Below, one piece after another: positions 25,329-39,700 of a DNA stretch of 64,000 nt; within the stretch, counting starts at the first letter, position 1, and every line of letters starts with the position of its first letter. The stretch covers positions 60,576,386 through 60,640,385 of the forward strand of contig NC_068983.1 of the NCBI RefSeq assembly GCF_001194135.2, read 5' to 3'. The DNA is from Octopus bimaculoides. Taxonomy: Eukaryota. Below the pieces are notes generated by a model. It worked only from the letters and a program-made list of their open reading frames with translations. It was not told where the DNA came from and made no database searches. The translations under genes and the position numbers were made by a program.

Positions 25329-28300
25329 CTAAAAGTAACAAGGAAATTTTTTTTAGTATTTTCAGAATTTTACAAAGAAATCTCAAAAATTACATACATA
25401 TATTGGCAATTTGCAAGTGAACAATCTTAATGTAATTCTAATATTTTCCATCTTATCTTACTATTAGACCTTCTGGGAATTATCCCACTGCTTCAATTAT
25501 TTACCTCCATAAGATTAAAACTATAATCAAAGTACTGTATTTTAACATGTAATAAAGAACTTGTTTTTGTCAAAAATTAGGTTAAAAAAATACGGGAGTT
25601 TTTTTATACATGGATAGTATTATAATCCCTTACAAAACCTTTTTTTTCCAAATTCTAAGCCCCCAAAATTAGGGGGTTCCTTATACATGTTAAAATATGG
25701 TACTTGTGACTTAGAACCAGTCAATCTGAACATAATTTGAAAGCCTGTATGATTTGATCTTGTGGTGGTGCCACAAAAAAGCACCTGTGCTGGTATCACA
25801 TAAAAAGAACATGCATACTGGTGCCACATAAAAAGCATGGTGCTGGTGCCACATAAAAAGCCCCCATGCTGGTTCCATGTAAAAAGCTCCCAGTAGACCC
25901 TGTAAAATGGCTGGCATTAGGAAGGGCATCCAGCTGTAGAAACCTTGTCAAAACAGACAATTGTAGCCTGGTGCAGCTCTCCGGCAAGCCAACTCTGCTC
26001 TAACTGTCCAACCCATGCCAGAATGGAAAACGAATGTTAAATGATGATGATGATGATAAAATTTGACAATTCTAAACTGAATTTTTTCTTCCTTTTAAGA
26101 ATTTTTTTAATTATCGAGAAAATGAAGATGTTGATTCTTACCCTTTGTTTGGCAGCATGTTCAGCAACCATGTCTGTCAAATCTTCCTTTTCTAACTGAG
26201 ACTGTTGTTCACGCATGGTTTGCTCGTACTTGGCTTGCATTGCTGCACTGTCCATATCCAATTCTTCGGGATTCAAAGCAACTTCAATTGCTTCAGTTCC
26301 TCCTTTTTCACCAAATCGTTTTTGAGTCGGCATTCCAGTTACCTAAACAATTTAAAAAGAAACAAAATTAGCGTCGACCGAATAAATGGGAATAATCACA
26401 TCCATATTAAAGTTCTAACAAATACAAGCTCAACACTGCTCCCTGAACAGAGTGTAGTAGTTGTACCCAAGTACACCTTACTGTCAGAGGTAATAGATAA
26501 TTTCTGGTGGAACAAATATTTTACAAATATTAACTCCATTGCAACATAAAACATATATTCAGAAAATTCTATTGTAGCTTCAGCTATCTTTGTGTGGATA
26601 TGATTTAATTTTTCAGTTGAATGAGATGGTCTCTAGGATGTCATATATGTGTTTGACGATTTGAGAGTCTTCAGTCAGTAGAGCACAAGATTCTTAGACA
26701 TTGTGCATCATGACTTAACAATATAATATACTAAAAAAATGTGATTCAAACATTAACTGCAATAAATATTTAACAAAACATTCAGTATTTAAACTGGTCA
26801 TATCCAGCTCAAATATTCTTTCTGTTTCATGATCAAACTGACCAGACCCAACCTCTCACACCTATCCTACAATGCCATTCTAAAAATAAACAATCACATC
26901 ATCAAAATCTTCAAGCTGTGAAATAATACATGATTAATTTAAAACAATACAATTAAATAACTGGTACTCTGTCGGTTATGATAAGGGTTCCAGTTGATCC
27001 AATCAATTAACATGAAATTAACGTGCAGGTGGCTGAGTGCTCCACAAATACAAGTACTCTTAATGAAGTTCTCAGGGAGATTCAGCATGGCACATCGAAT
27101 GCGACAAGGCTGGCCCTTTGAAATACAGGTACAACTCAATTTTGCCAGGTGAATGGACTGGAGCAATGTGAAATAAAGTGTCTTGCTGAAAGATATAACA
27201 CACTGCTGGGTATCGAACTCACAACCTTACAGTCATGAGCAGATACCCCAACCGCAAAGCCATGCACCTTCATGATTAAATAAACATAAAATTTGACTGA
27301 GAAGTCTGAATGCTAAAGAGTTAAGCAAGGTGAGGTTATTTATAACAAACTTTTAGTTTGACATGCATACATTTAATCCTTTCGTTACTGTATTTATTTT
27401 GAGATGCTCTGTGTTTCTTTCAATTAATTTAAATATAACAAAGAATTTAGTAAAATAACTTAGTTATCATTAAGCTAGTGTTAAGAACATAAACTGTGTC
27501 TAAAATTTTGTGGAAGATTTTAATTAAAAACTTATAAAAACAAGACATTTGTACTACAGAGCCAAAGGCAGTTTCAGCAAGATTGGTATCAAAGGGGTTA
27601 AAAATATCTTGGTGACTTTAACCCTTTTGTTACTATATTTCTGTTGGGATGCTCTGTGTTTCTTTCAATTAATTTTAAATATAACAAAGAATTTAGTAAA
27701 ATGAAAACAAGACATTTGTACTACAGAGCCAGAAGTGGTTGGTAACGAAAGGGTTAAAGAGCAGTCCATAGTTGTTGCTATTATGAGAATAATCCTAATA
27801 CTTATACATACAGCAGACATATCATATATGTGAGCTGATCCCATCATATTTGCTCCAACATTTGTTTTCTTCTCTGGCAGAATTGTATAAAGAGCTGGTG
27901 TATCACCACCTTGGTCTATTGCATCTTCTATACGTTTCTTCCTCAGTTCTATCATGTCAGGTGTTTCTACTCCCATCGGAACTGATGTTATTCCACTCGG
28001 TGTAACCAACCTGAAATAAATATAGTGATTAATTACTTGAGATTGTGTTCATTAGTGTTTTATATTTCCATCAATTTTTTTTTTTTTAAACTGGTTTACA
28101 TTCAATGTACAATGCTAGAAAATAACAGAAATATCTACAGATCCAAACCATTATGTGAATTTTAATGGAAGTTTAATTTGCTGCCAAACGCCAAGAACCT
28201 GACTGTAAATTTGGAATACTCCCAATTTTTACTTATGAACTTCATATTATAACAATTGCAAGTTTTAGATTCAATTCTTTTACCAAGCATTCTTGATATC

Positions 28301-31300
28301 TTTTTTTTTTTTTTTTTACTCCCTGACCCAGTTTTNNNNNNNNNNCCAAGCATTCTTGATATCTTTTTTTTTTTTTTTTTACTCCCTGACCCAGTTTTTA
28401 CTGAGCCAGTAACTGCTGACCTCGGATGATTCAAGAACCACTGCTGAATGAAGTTAGCATACTTCTCAGCATTAATCAATAGACTCTACCCAGAAGCCTT
28501 TGGTACTTCAGGTCAGCATTGAGTTACAGCTCTGCCAGTTCTAATCCAACTACACTTGGCAAGGGATGCATTCAATTCTCATCAATCTCAGACTATTAAA
28601 AGGTAACCAAAACAACGTTCTTCTTCATCCCCATGAAAAGAATGTTTTGCAATCTTTTGACTGTGTCTGGAACGGAAACCTCCAAACCTAGTTGCCTATG
28701 TTCCATTAATCTCTGTTCGCTTAGATTGGAAGTTTCCATCAGACTGTGTCCTGTTATGGCACAGCTCTCTTCCTCTCTCCCGCCTTTTGTTTTAATGCAG
28801 ACCCTAATGTACAAACACATTTGAGCTGCCCCTTCTCCTCTTACAAACTATAAAAAAAAAACAAACAACATTTACTAGAGGTAAATTAAGAAACAAGGTA
28901 CATACCCCTCGGCACCAGGGGTTATAAGCCCTGTTGTGTCTAATTCTTCTTCGGAAGATTCTTCTTCAGACTCTTCACATTCTGACTCTGATTCCAATTC
29001 ACCCCAATGAGTCTTATCGATTTCTTCTTCAGAAACTATAGTCTGGTATAATAAAAACAAAAAATTTTTTTTTAATTAACATAGAAATGATTCAAATAAT
29101 CAGATTTCTTTATTTCTTCTCACTTAACCCTAATGTTTAATGCCTGACACTTGAAACACAACAAAAGAGAAAACTTGGATGAACTCTAACGATTCTTTCT
29201 GTTTGACTATCATCACAGGTAGTTGTTGGTAGAAGTATCAACAATTTATATATTAATTACTTGTAACAATTGGACTGCAGCCATGCTGGAGCACTGCTTT
29301 TTAATCACACAGTTACACCTGCATCTAATCAATTCTTCAATGGCTGATTAGCTAAGTAGCTATTTGTGATACAACTTTAATACATATATATCAGAAAAGA
29401 TCATTTTTTTTTACATTCAAAATACTCCTTAACCTTAAAAAATACCATTGATGTTTTCAGCATTTTGATAACTTAGGTATTATAAGGTTAAGGAGATTCA
29501 GTTTTAGCATCAATCCACATGTTGATCATGTGGAAAGAGCATCATCCTAATCATTATCACCATCATTTAACGTCCATTTTCCATGCAGGCAGTTTGAGAG
29601 GGGCTGCAGCAGGCTCCAATTGTCTCTTTTGGCATGGTTTCTGCAGCTGGATACCTTTCCTAACACCAATCACTTTACAGAGTGTATTGGGTGTTTTTTT
29701 TTTTACATAGCCCAAGTACAGGTGCATATTATGTGGCAGCAGCACCAAATGAAGCAACAGAGTAAAATCTCAAATGACCAACACCTTATTTGCTTGGCCA
29801 TTATATACCCATAAAAAATCTATCATGTACATTAAATGATGTCACATGTCACACAATTACAAGAAAGGAGTATAGCTGATAGAATTGACTCAAAGATGGT
29901 ACTTTGTGCTCTGTGAGACAATTTTCTAGTCTAGATATAAAATAAAGAAAAGTAATTTATACTAGACCATAGCCATTTCTGCCACAATAATATATTTAAA
30001 ACATCTATCATATATTAACAGCACCATTAGTAGAGTTACTAAACACTGTATTTGATACTGCACAAAACAAATATAGTCTAATAATAATGAAGTTATTGTA
30101 TACAATGCTCAGGTGCATTACAGCTCATCAGAAAAAGTAACTAAAACTGCATTTAAGAAGTCATTTGTGATACAACTTCTAATAATTATTTTCTAATAAG
30201 CCTATTGGCTATTCATGACACTAGTGCCTGTTTAGACACAAAAATTCTATGTATATCGCTGCTGTTCCCAGCAGTTGAGCATCTACCATTGACAAAGCCA
30301 AGGAAGGCCGAAATCACATGATCTGGTAGTCTCAGTTGTGGTGATGGCAGCTGATTTATCTTTCACTAGTGATATAAACAAGAGTGCTTATAAGCACCAC
30401 AAATCCATATGAGAGATTCACTCATGGTAAAGTATCACAGAATTTTGTGTTCTAATGGTGCATCTATTTTTAAGTGGGGATAAATATTATCTTTTGCTAT
30501 TAATACCACTTCTGTTTCTAATAATTATTATTCGTCATCAAACCCATTTTTCAATGAAATTTTATTTTTATTATTAAAGATTGTATGATTAATTTGGTAT
30601 GGTATTTATAGTACTATCTTAGGAGATTCTGGTTGTCATCAGTGCCAAAGGGTAAGAAATATTTGAATATAAATCAGTCAGAGATTTTTAACAAAAATGC
30701 AAGGAACTTTGAGACAACAGTCGTTTGAGGAACATCAACAAGATATCCTATTTATCTTAACCCATTAGTACCCATGGTCCTTTTTTTTAGGACCAATCCA
30801 TCATATTTCTGCAACACCTGTATTTTTCTGAGATATCTTTAGTTAGTCATCAAGACTGGAATGTCTTTCAAATATTGTAATAAAATTTTTTCTATATATA
30901 TTTAGTATCAGATAGAGTTGTGTAAAAAAAGATTTTTGGTAATAAATCAAATTTAAAAAATTTGGGCATCAATGGGTTTAAATCCCTTTCCTTATCTAAC
31001 ATTTGTAAACAGATTAATAAATGAGAAATGAGAAAATGGACATAATGGTTTAATAAAGGAAACAAAAATACAAGAAACCTGATATTTACCTGGAATTCTC
31101 CACTTTGGGTGCCAAAAACATCACCATACAATGGCTTGCCTGATTCATCAACAGGAGGTTTACCCCAACCTCCAGCATGATAACCGAATGAACATGACTG
31201 TAATTTAAAAAAAAAAAACAATTATAATAGTATTATTCATAAACTGTTTCTCAGTAATGAGATTTACAAAGTATCTCAAAGCTGTTCAAAATCTTATAAT

Positions 31301-33760
31301 AAAACAGAGTTTGTGCGCGCGCATGTTCCTTATGGATTCGAAATCTGGGTTGCCGATTTTGACGCATGAGGTATCAAAAGATTCAGTAATAAAGTATGTT
31401 TTTTGCACAACTCTTTTTTACTATAATATAACTTCATAAACAAGGTCAGGCGCGTATTATTTATAGTAGATAATCTTTTTAAGTGAAGTATGTTTGTCTG
31501 TGTTTTGTTTAGCCCAGAGCTGCCTCTGATGTAGCAGACCCATCGCATAGTTTTGGGTTTTTTTTTTCTTCCTGAAAAACTGTAAATTTGTGTCTTTCTT
31601 TGGATGAAAATGTTTGTTTTAAGAGAGATTTGGCTGCTATTTGTAGTAGCTCAAGTTACCACAGAGACACCTGTGTGTGTGTGTGTGTTTTGTTGTGGTG
31701 AAAAAAAAAAACCCCAACTTTTTCTCAGACTATTTTGCACAATAATTTTTAAAGAAATCTGGACATCTTTCTTCCTGTTGACCATTCAGCTTCAAATTGA
31801 AATTGTTAATTGTTGGAAGTCAAGTTGTTATCGTATAGAGTGGAAGTTCAATTCAAAGTTTTGAACTCATTATCTTGTGGTTAGTAATCTATAACTTTAA
31901 ATTTGAAGCCATTAAGACTTTAAACATTATTTTACTGGATTTAGCCATTCGACTGTCGTCGTGATGGGGTATCACCGTCAAAAATTTAATTGATCATACT
32001 GACCTCAGTGCATATTTCAGTTTGGCATTTATTTTATAGATCTCTGCTTGATGAACTGCTAACTTTGAGACATAGTGGAACACAATACTTCATTTAACAA
32101 CAAGTGTAAATATACACACATATTAGATGCAAGAATGATAGTGCGGTTGAGAAGTTTGTTTCCCAACGTGGTTCCAAATTCAGTCTCCCTCTGCATGATA
32201 CCTTGGGCAAATGTTTTCTACTATAGTCCTAGGTGAACCATAGAATTATGACTGAATTTGGTAGATGGAAACTGCAGCATTGTTCATCAAAAAATGACCA
32301 AAAAACATGTTTATAAAGAAGAGCTGTTTGCTTCGTACACCTCATGTGCCGATTCTGCACATAAGAAAGGAACAAATAATACAATGTGGCTGTAGGTCAT
32401 AACACCCAGGTGTATTGCTAGTATTTAATAAAACAAAGAGGTATAATAATTGTATGGTTTGAAAGTACAGGCCTAATATTCACATAGGTCCAAATGTTAT
32501 TACAGTCAAAGAATGCCCTATCAATGGAAACATATCTGCTTGTTTCAATTTGTCTACAAGAGGTAAGTAACCACTCTTACTTCATAGTTGTCCTTCTGAA
32601 ATCTAATCATTCAAACAACTGTTATGTTATGAAACGAAAAATATTTCTATCAAAGTATGTAAAAGAGTAAAAAGAACTGTTGTGAAAAAACAGATTTTTT
32701 TTCTTTCTTTTTGCATTACACAGTCAAAGAAGAACTTTTGGGAAATTGATGCACAGAAAAAAAAAAACATATGCTCAACTGAACTAACTTCACATGGATG
32801 ATAATTGATGAGATCTATCTAAATTTTCTTACATCAAGTTCAATGTTAGTGAAAAGAAGTTACAAATCTCCTCTTTGACTTACTGCAAATTTATTCTGTT
32901 ACTTAGTCAGAAATTGCAACAGCACACTGAATTATTACTATAGGTAAAATTTAGTATGTTAATTATATTATCTCGTTGCCCCCTAAAGCCTAACATACCT
33001 GACATGCCCAGAGCTCCCTGGGTGTGGGGGAGTACTACCCATATTGAAAACCTCTTTGGTAAAAGAAATAGAATGTCAGTGAAATTGGAAATGTAGTATA
33101 ATTAAGAAGGAAGGTCATCAAAAATTATGAAATCTGTCAGTTGTAAAGTTTGTGAAAGTTTTGTGTTGTTGTTCATGAATAAAGAATTCTAGAAAGCTAA
33201 TCCAGTAGTTCAGGTTAATGAAAGTACTATGAAGTAGGAAAAAAAGAAGTTGTGCATAAATCTCGAAAGGCAACAAAAATTTAATACATACTTCTGGAAT
33301 TGGTGCATTCAAGCCAGGGATCTTGAGATTTGGGTAGGATGGAGGAGGTCCATATCGTTGCATAGCAATCAACCATGGCGGGGGAACTTTCTCTGAATTC
33401 TGAAATAGAAAAAAAAAAAAATGATCAAATACAATCTTCAGAACATTCAGTATTTATGTGGATATATGCACCAGAATATAGTACCAAAGAGCAATGGCTC
33501 AGAACAATAAGAAAATGTGTGTGCGTGTTTCCTCTTGTGTTTGTCCTCCATCACTGCTTCACAACCAGTGTTAGTTTGCTTACATCCTCAAGTTCAGCAA
33601 AAGGAAACTGACAGAAGCACCAGGTTTAAGGAACTTCCCAACCACATGGTTCTGGGTTCAGTCCCCCTGCATGGCACCTTGGGCAAGTGCCTTCTACTAT
33701 AGTCTAGGGCCGACCAAAGCCTTGTGAGTGGATTTGGTAGAAGAAACTGAAAGAAGCCTG

Positions 33761-33796
<36 letters not shown>

Positions 33797-36700
33797 CCAG
33801 ATGGTGGGGGCATGCACAATTGTTGATATATTCCTGGGTCCTTTCAGACGACCCATCAAGTAGAGTCCTGGTCAGTCCTCGTCTCTGTGAGATACCTCCT
33901 CATCTGCCATGACCATGTGGAATGTGGTCAACAACACAAGCCATCAACCCAGCCAGATTCTCAGTGAGGAGAACACAGTAACCAGGGTCTGGCTTGGAAA
34001 ATCTTCAGCCCCCCTGGTCCTCCCTGTATAGTTGTGAGACTTGGACACTTTCCTGGGCCCTTAGGATAAACCTGAACTCCTTCGCCACCAGGGTGCTTTG
34101 CAGGATTATGGGTTACCATTGGTTGGATTTTGTATCCAATCAATCACTCTGCTCAGGGATGTGCCTTGTTACTTGTATAATTTGGAAGCATCAGCTCAAA
34201 CTGCTTGGCCATGTGTGTGTGTGTGTGTGTGTGTGTGACTGTCCCAATACCATTTGACAACTGGTGTTGATGTGTTTATATCCCCTTGACTTAGTGGTTT
34301 GGCAAAATGGCAAAAAAAAAAAGACAATAGAATGAATACCAAGTTTAAAAAAGAAAAACAAAGGTTCAAGGGTTTGCACATTTCAATATTGTTTTCTAGT
34401 CATAAGGTGTGATGATGGGAGAAAGAGTATGATAAAGGTGGGGAAAAGGAGGAAAACAAGGAAGAAGATGGATAAGGACAGAAACGATGAAGAATAAAGC
34501 TTGAAGGCACACTTAATCATTTGACCAACAAGCTGTAATTAATGAGCCAACTTAATCGGAATTGAACTGCAGCTACACAAAAGCTAAAATAATACCCTTG
34601 ATAATGGTACGGTTGGATTGTTACTAACAGGCTCTCGATTACAAAAATAGAAATTGGTTAATAAATATATGTAGGAATTCATAAATAAATACATTATAAT
34701 AACTTACTGGACCAACTGGCATGCCCAGGGCTGTTCTCAGTTCATCAGAGAGATTACCAGGTTTTTTCTCTTTAAGACGTGTCTCAAATTCTTTACCCTG
34801 AAATATCAAGTCATAAGAAGACATATATATAGATAGATAGATAAATAGATAGATAGATAGATAGATAGACAGACAGGTGTACACACACCCAGTACAAAAA
34901 TTATAAATAACATGAAGACAAGGTAAAACAAAAATAAACACAAAATGTGTATTAGTTTTACGCTCAGCAAAAATAAATGGAAAATCTTTTTTGTTTTGAG
35001 CTAATGCTCTTGTAACAGAAAGAAAAAATGAGGAGAGAACAAAAAAAATGGAGAGAAAAAGAATATATTTCAATCAGATGGTCACTTATAGGAAAGTAAG
35101 AAAAGGTTACTTGAGGTGTGAGTAGCAAGGGGGGACAACTGTGAGAGGTGAGTTGAGGTGTAGGTGGTTAGGGGGACATTTGTGAATCTGGCACGTATAT
35201 ATAAAATTACATCTATTGCATTACACTCCAAAAAGATGACCGAGAAGAAAATTTGAGCTACTTCACTGATATCTAAAGTTGGAGACTCATCAGCAATAGA
35301 AGTCATAAAGTACAAATGAATATAGTGTTAAATTATAGATTTATAACATTTTTATACATGTTTCAGTGACTGCTATGTAATGATTATATAAGATTAACCT
35401 TATACAATTTTTACTCAAACATCACTACATCAGAACTTGTTGCATCCTGAGGGGTCATGAGTACAGTGACAAATTTAGTGTATAAGTATGGGTTCATCAG
35501 GGCTCGGTTCTCAGTTAACTCTTATACATCATAGTCTTTCAGGCCATAACAGAGGAATTTAAAACTGGCTGCCCATGGGAACTACTATATGCTGATAACT
35601 TTACTCATTTAGTAGAATCTGTAGCAGAATTGGAAAAGAAATTCACAGTATGGGAGCAAAACCTAGAATCGAAGAGCCTTAAAGTTAATCTAGCTTTTTA
35701 GAGATTACCAGAGCACTTCATTTCTGCATAATATAAAAAAAGGGATTATATTTTTAGAATATGGTTTCAATTGTTGAGCTCTTGGTTTAAAGATGCAAGA
35801 AACAAAACACACACACACACACATAATATTCAATTCAAAGGTACTTGACTTCATTGTATTCCTTGCATGCATGCATTTAGGCAGAAAAAATGTAAAACAC
35901 TTAGAAAAAAAACAGACTTCAACTTCTGATATGATAAAAAATAAATAAAAAAAAAAGAACATGAAACAAATATCAGGATTTACCTCATAATAAAGATCCC
36001 CATGAATGGTCAATTTTGGTTTGGTTTGCCATCGGAAGAAAGCATCATGGAGTTTTTGGTAATCAATATCAATCTTGCCAAGTTTAGGACGCACTTTCTC
36101 ACGCATCTTTGCTTTCAAGGTTTTCTGATCTTCCTGGAAAATACAATCCATAAAAATGCTACATAAAACTGTAGAGAATATAACCCCACAAAAAGTGAAT
36201 ATTAGCAGTCTTGTTACATGTTCTTTTCTATCCATTAATTTCATCTTTAATATTGGTTTTAAATTTTGCCACAGGGCCAGCAGCTTCATGGGTGAGGCTA
36301 AATTGATTATTTCAAATCCCATTGCCCAAATCCCTTGCAAAGCTTTGGTCAGCCTGGGGCTACAGTAGAAGACATTTGCTCAAGGTGCCTTGCAATAGCA
36401 CTGAACCCAAAACCACATGGTTGGGAAGTGAACATAACCATACAACTATGCCTATATATCATCATGAATGCTCTTCCTAATGTCAATCCCATTACAAAGT
36501 GTACTGGGTGCTTTTTATGTGACACCATCACCAGTGATTTTAATGAGACCCCTTCACCACTGCTTTTTATGTGGTGCCATCACCAATGCTTTTTATGTGG
36601 TACCATCACCAGTGCTTTTTATGTGGTGCCATCACCACTGCTTTTTATGTGGTACCATCACCACTGCTTTTTATGTGGTACCATCACCACTGCTTTGTAT

Positions 36701-39700
36701 GTGGTACCATCACCAGTGCCTTTTATATGTAAATAATTTATTAGGCCTACCTTTTCAGCCAAAGCAGCCCTCATTTCCATAATTCCAGTAGCTTTGATAA
36801 AATCTGGTAGTTCAAAAGGTGGCTTTTCAATACCTCTCTTTCCTTGAAGGTATTTACTCTTAAAACACCAATGACGTGGCACTGGAACCGTATTCCTGGT
36901 GGCCTGAAGCAAAACAAAATTAAAATATAATCCAATCACACTATCCTGTTTCATTAAACTCAAATATTTTCACAAAATCTTAAACAATAACATCATTATG
37001 TATTTTTTGTAACTAAAAAAAAAAAATAATAAATTCTTCTTTTCCAGTCTAGAAAGTGGCAAAGAATAAAGTTGCCAATAAATTTCAAGCAAAGAGAACA
37101 AAGAACAACTTACTTTGAGTTGTACAAGCAGTCTTGGATCCTGAGCTGTAGCATCATGCATCTCCACTACATCAGGTCTTGATACAAGCTAGACGAAAAA
37201 AAAAAAAGTAAATACATAAAATGTTATTTCCATTATGAGAAAGAGAGCTTTTAAAACAAAAGTCAAGGATATTGATCAGAATGTTCTGGATATTTCTTTT
37301 GTCTTTCTCCTTCTTTCTACATAAATCCCATCTTCCTGCAAAATGCTCTCCACAATCAGAAATCATTAATATGCTTTAGTGTTTTATATTTATACATGTG
37401 TGTGATCATATGGGTATGCATGTCTATGTGTGACCGTGTTTGTTTGTATCTGCATCTCTCAATTTCTGGTGCGTGTATGTCTGTGTGTGATTGAGTGTGT
37501 CTCATTTTCTGGTGTGTGTGTGTGTGTGTGTGTATCTCATTTTTTGATGTGACCGGTCCTTTCTCCAGCTCATTATATGCTCAACAATACGAACAATTTT
37601 TATTCCCCATACTACAGGCCTGAACATATAACCTCCGTCTAAGCTGATCATGAATTGCATTGACTTCACTAGTCAGGTAAAATTTGGAAGGTGCACGGGC
37701 ACTGCAATTTTTCTAAGGGTACATATGTTTATAAGTTACCAAACATCACAGAAACCTTGTAAACTTACCTGTTTTAATTGTGCAATACTCAAGCGAGTGA
37801 GTTTCTTCAACTTCTTCTTTGACAACTTTGGTGCCTCATCATCAGCCACTAAGTCCTGTTAGAGAAATAATGCAATGTTGCAGTGAATAAACTTGATTCG
37901 TTTGACAATGAAATTATTCAATAACCAAAAGGATAAACACCTAAATAAATTTAACAACGAAATACAATTTAAAAAGAGAAGAAGATCAAACAGAAACATT
38001 CCTGGAGACAAACCACAATAAACAAATAAAATATAAAAACTTCATCGTAAGTGAGAATCACAGAAAATTATCTCAGCAAAACGAGAAGAAATTTACATGC
38101 CAATGCCATGTGTCAGCACCATGTAAAAGCACCCGTGCCTAATACCACATGGAGTGCACCTGTACTGATGCCACATAAAAGCACCCATGCTTAATACCAC
38201 ATGGAGTGCACCTGTACTGATGCCACATGAAAGCATCCATGCCTAATACCACATGGAGTGCACCTGTACTGATGCCGCATGAAAACACCCATGCCTAATA
38301 CCACATGGAATGCACCTGTACTGATGCCACATGAAAGCACCCATGCCTAATACCACATGGAATGCACCTGTACTGATGCCACATGAAAGCCCCTATGCCT
38401 AATACCACATGGAGTGCACCTGTACTGATGCCACATGAAAGCACCCAATACAATTTTAAAGTGGTTGGTGTTAGGAAGAGCATCCAGCCACAGAAACCAT
38501 GCGAAAACAAGATGACTGGTGCCTGGTGCAGCCCTCCAGTTTGCCAGCTATCATCAAACTATCCAACCCATACCAGCAGAGGGAAAACGGACATTAAATG
38601 ATGATCTTCACCTACCACCACCTTATCTCTCCCTCTATGCACCAATGATGATGATGATGCTCCACTTTACCCAAACGATAACCTGAAGTAGCACTGAATC
38701 ACCTCCTAGCCAACCCTTCCCCACTACCCTTATCTCTCAATAACCCCTTGACTCTACTTTTCCCTTTCCTTTCTATTAACCATTTTATCTTTCATGCGGC
38801 ACTTCACCCATCCATGTACCAGGATGTGGTAACAATGCTTTTCCTTCTACTCAACCCTCACATCACCTTCTCTCTCTCTCACTAACTCTTGATACTATCT
38901 GATCCCTAATCCTCCTGTTACTCCCTCCCCTAACACTGTCTCAGTTATTGTCTCCTCGACCACCCTCTTTCAACAATAAACCTAACTCCAATACGATCCG
39001 TCCTGGACCCCAACAAACCAGTGCTGGCTGTACAATCCGTAAAGGGGTTGGTATTAGGAAGGGCATACAAAAACGTGGTCCACCCACCCACCCATTGAAC
39101 TCTCCTATCCATATCAGCATATGGTATGAACATAAAACAACAACAATGCTGCTGCCACCAACAATAAAGTCTGAATGCTATAACGGTGATATTAAAAAAA
39201 ACAAAAAAGGGAGGAAGTAACTCACTTCATCATCGTCTATAATGAGTCCTCGAGCCTTTATAGGAACTTCTTCAGGTTTTTTTTCCTCTTCTCTTCTTTC
39301 TTCTGGTCTTTGGAAATCTTTTGGTTTTTCAGGATCTGCAATCTTCAAAAGAAATAAAAAGCAAATTATGGAAAATAGAGAAATGATAAGAATTATACAA
39401 CTACATTCATTATTCCAGAAATTAAAAAAAAAACCCTTTAGCATTTAAACCAGCCATATCAGACCCAAATATTCTATCTATTGTTATGTTCAAACTGGTG
39501 AAATCCAGCCTCACGCACCTACCCTACAATGTCATTTTAAACATAAACAATCACATCAATCTCTTGAAGCTTTGAGATAATGCAGGATTAATTCAAAACA
39601 ATATGAATAGATAAGCATCACATTTGATAGAGTAATCTGAATACTGAAGAGATAAGTCAATTTTTGATAAAACTCATTAGATAAAGTGACTCAAAACAAT

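Noticed and set aside
28283-28400. Direct repeat of about 52 bp around a 10-N gap
   Set aside because: Typical unmerged contig overlap, so an assembly artifact.
35705-36340. 211-aa ORF as a standalone gene
   Set aside because: Only 35984-36133 is coding (SF3B2 c14); the rest is intron read-through. The same applies to ORF-track entries overlapping other SF3B2 exons.
38128-38444. Regularly spaced 52-bp repeats resembling a CRISPR array
   Set aside because: Units are contiguous with no unique spacers, derive from the RTE tail, and lie in a eukaryotic intron with no cas genes.
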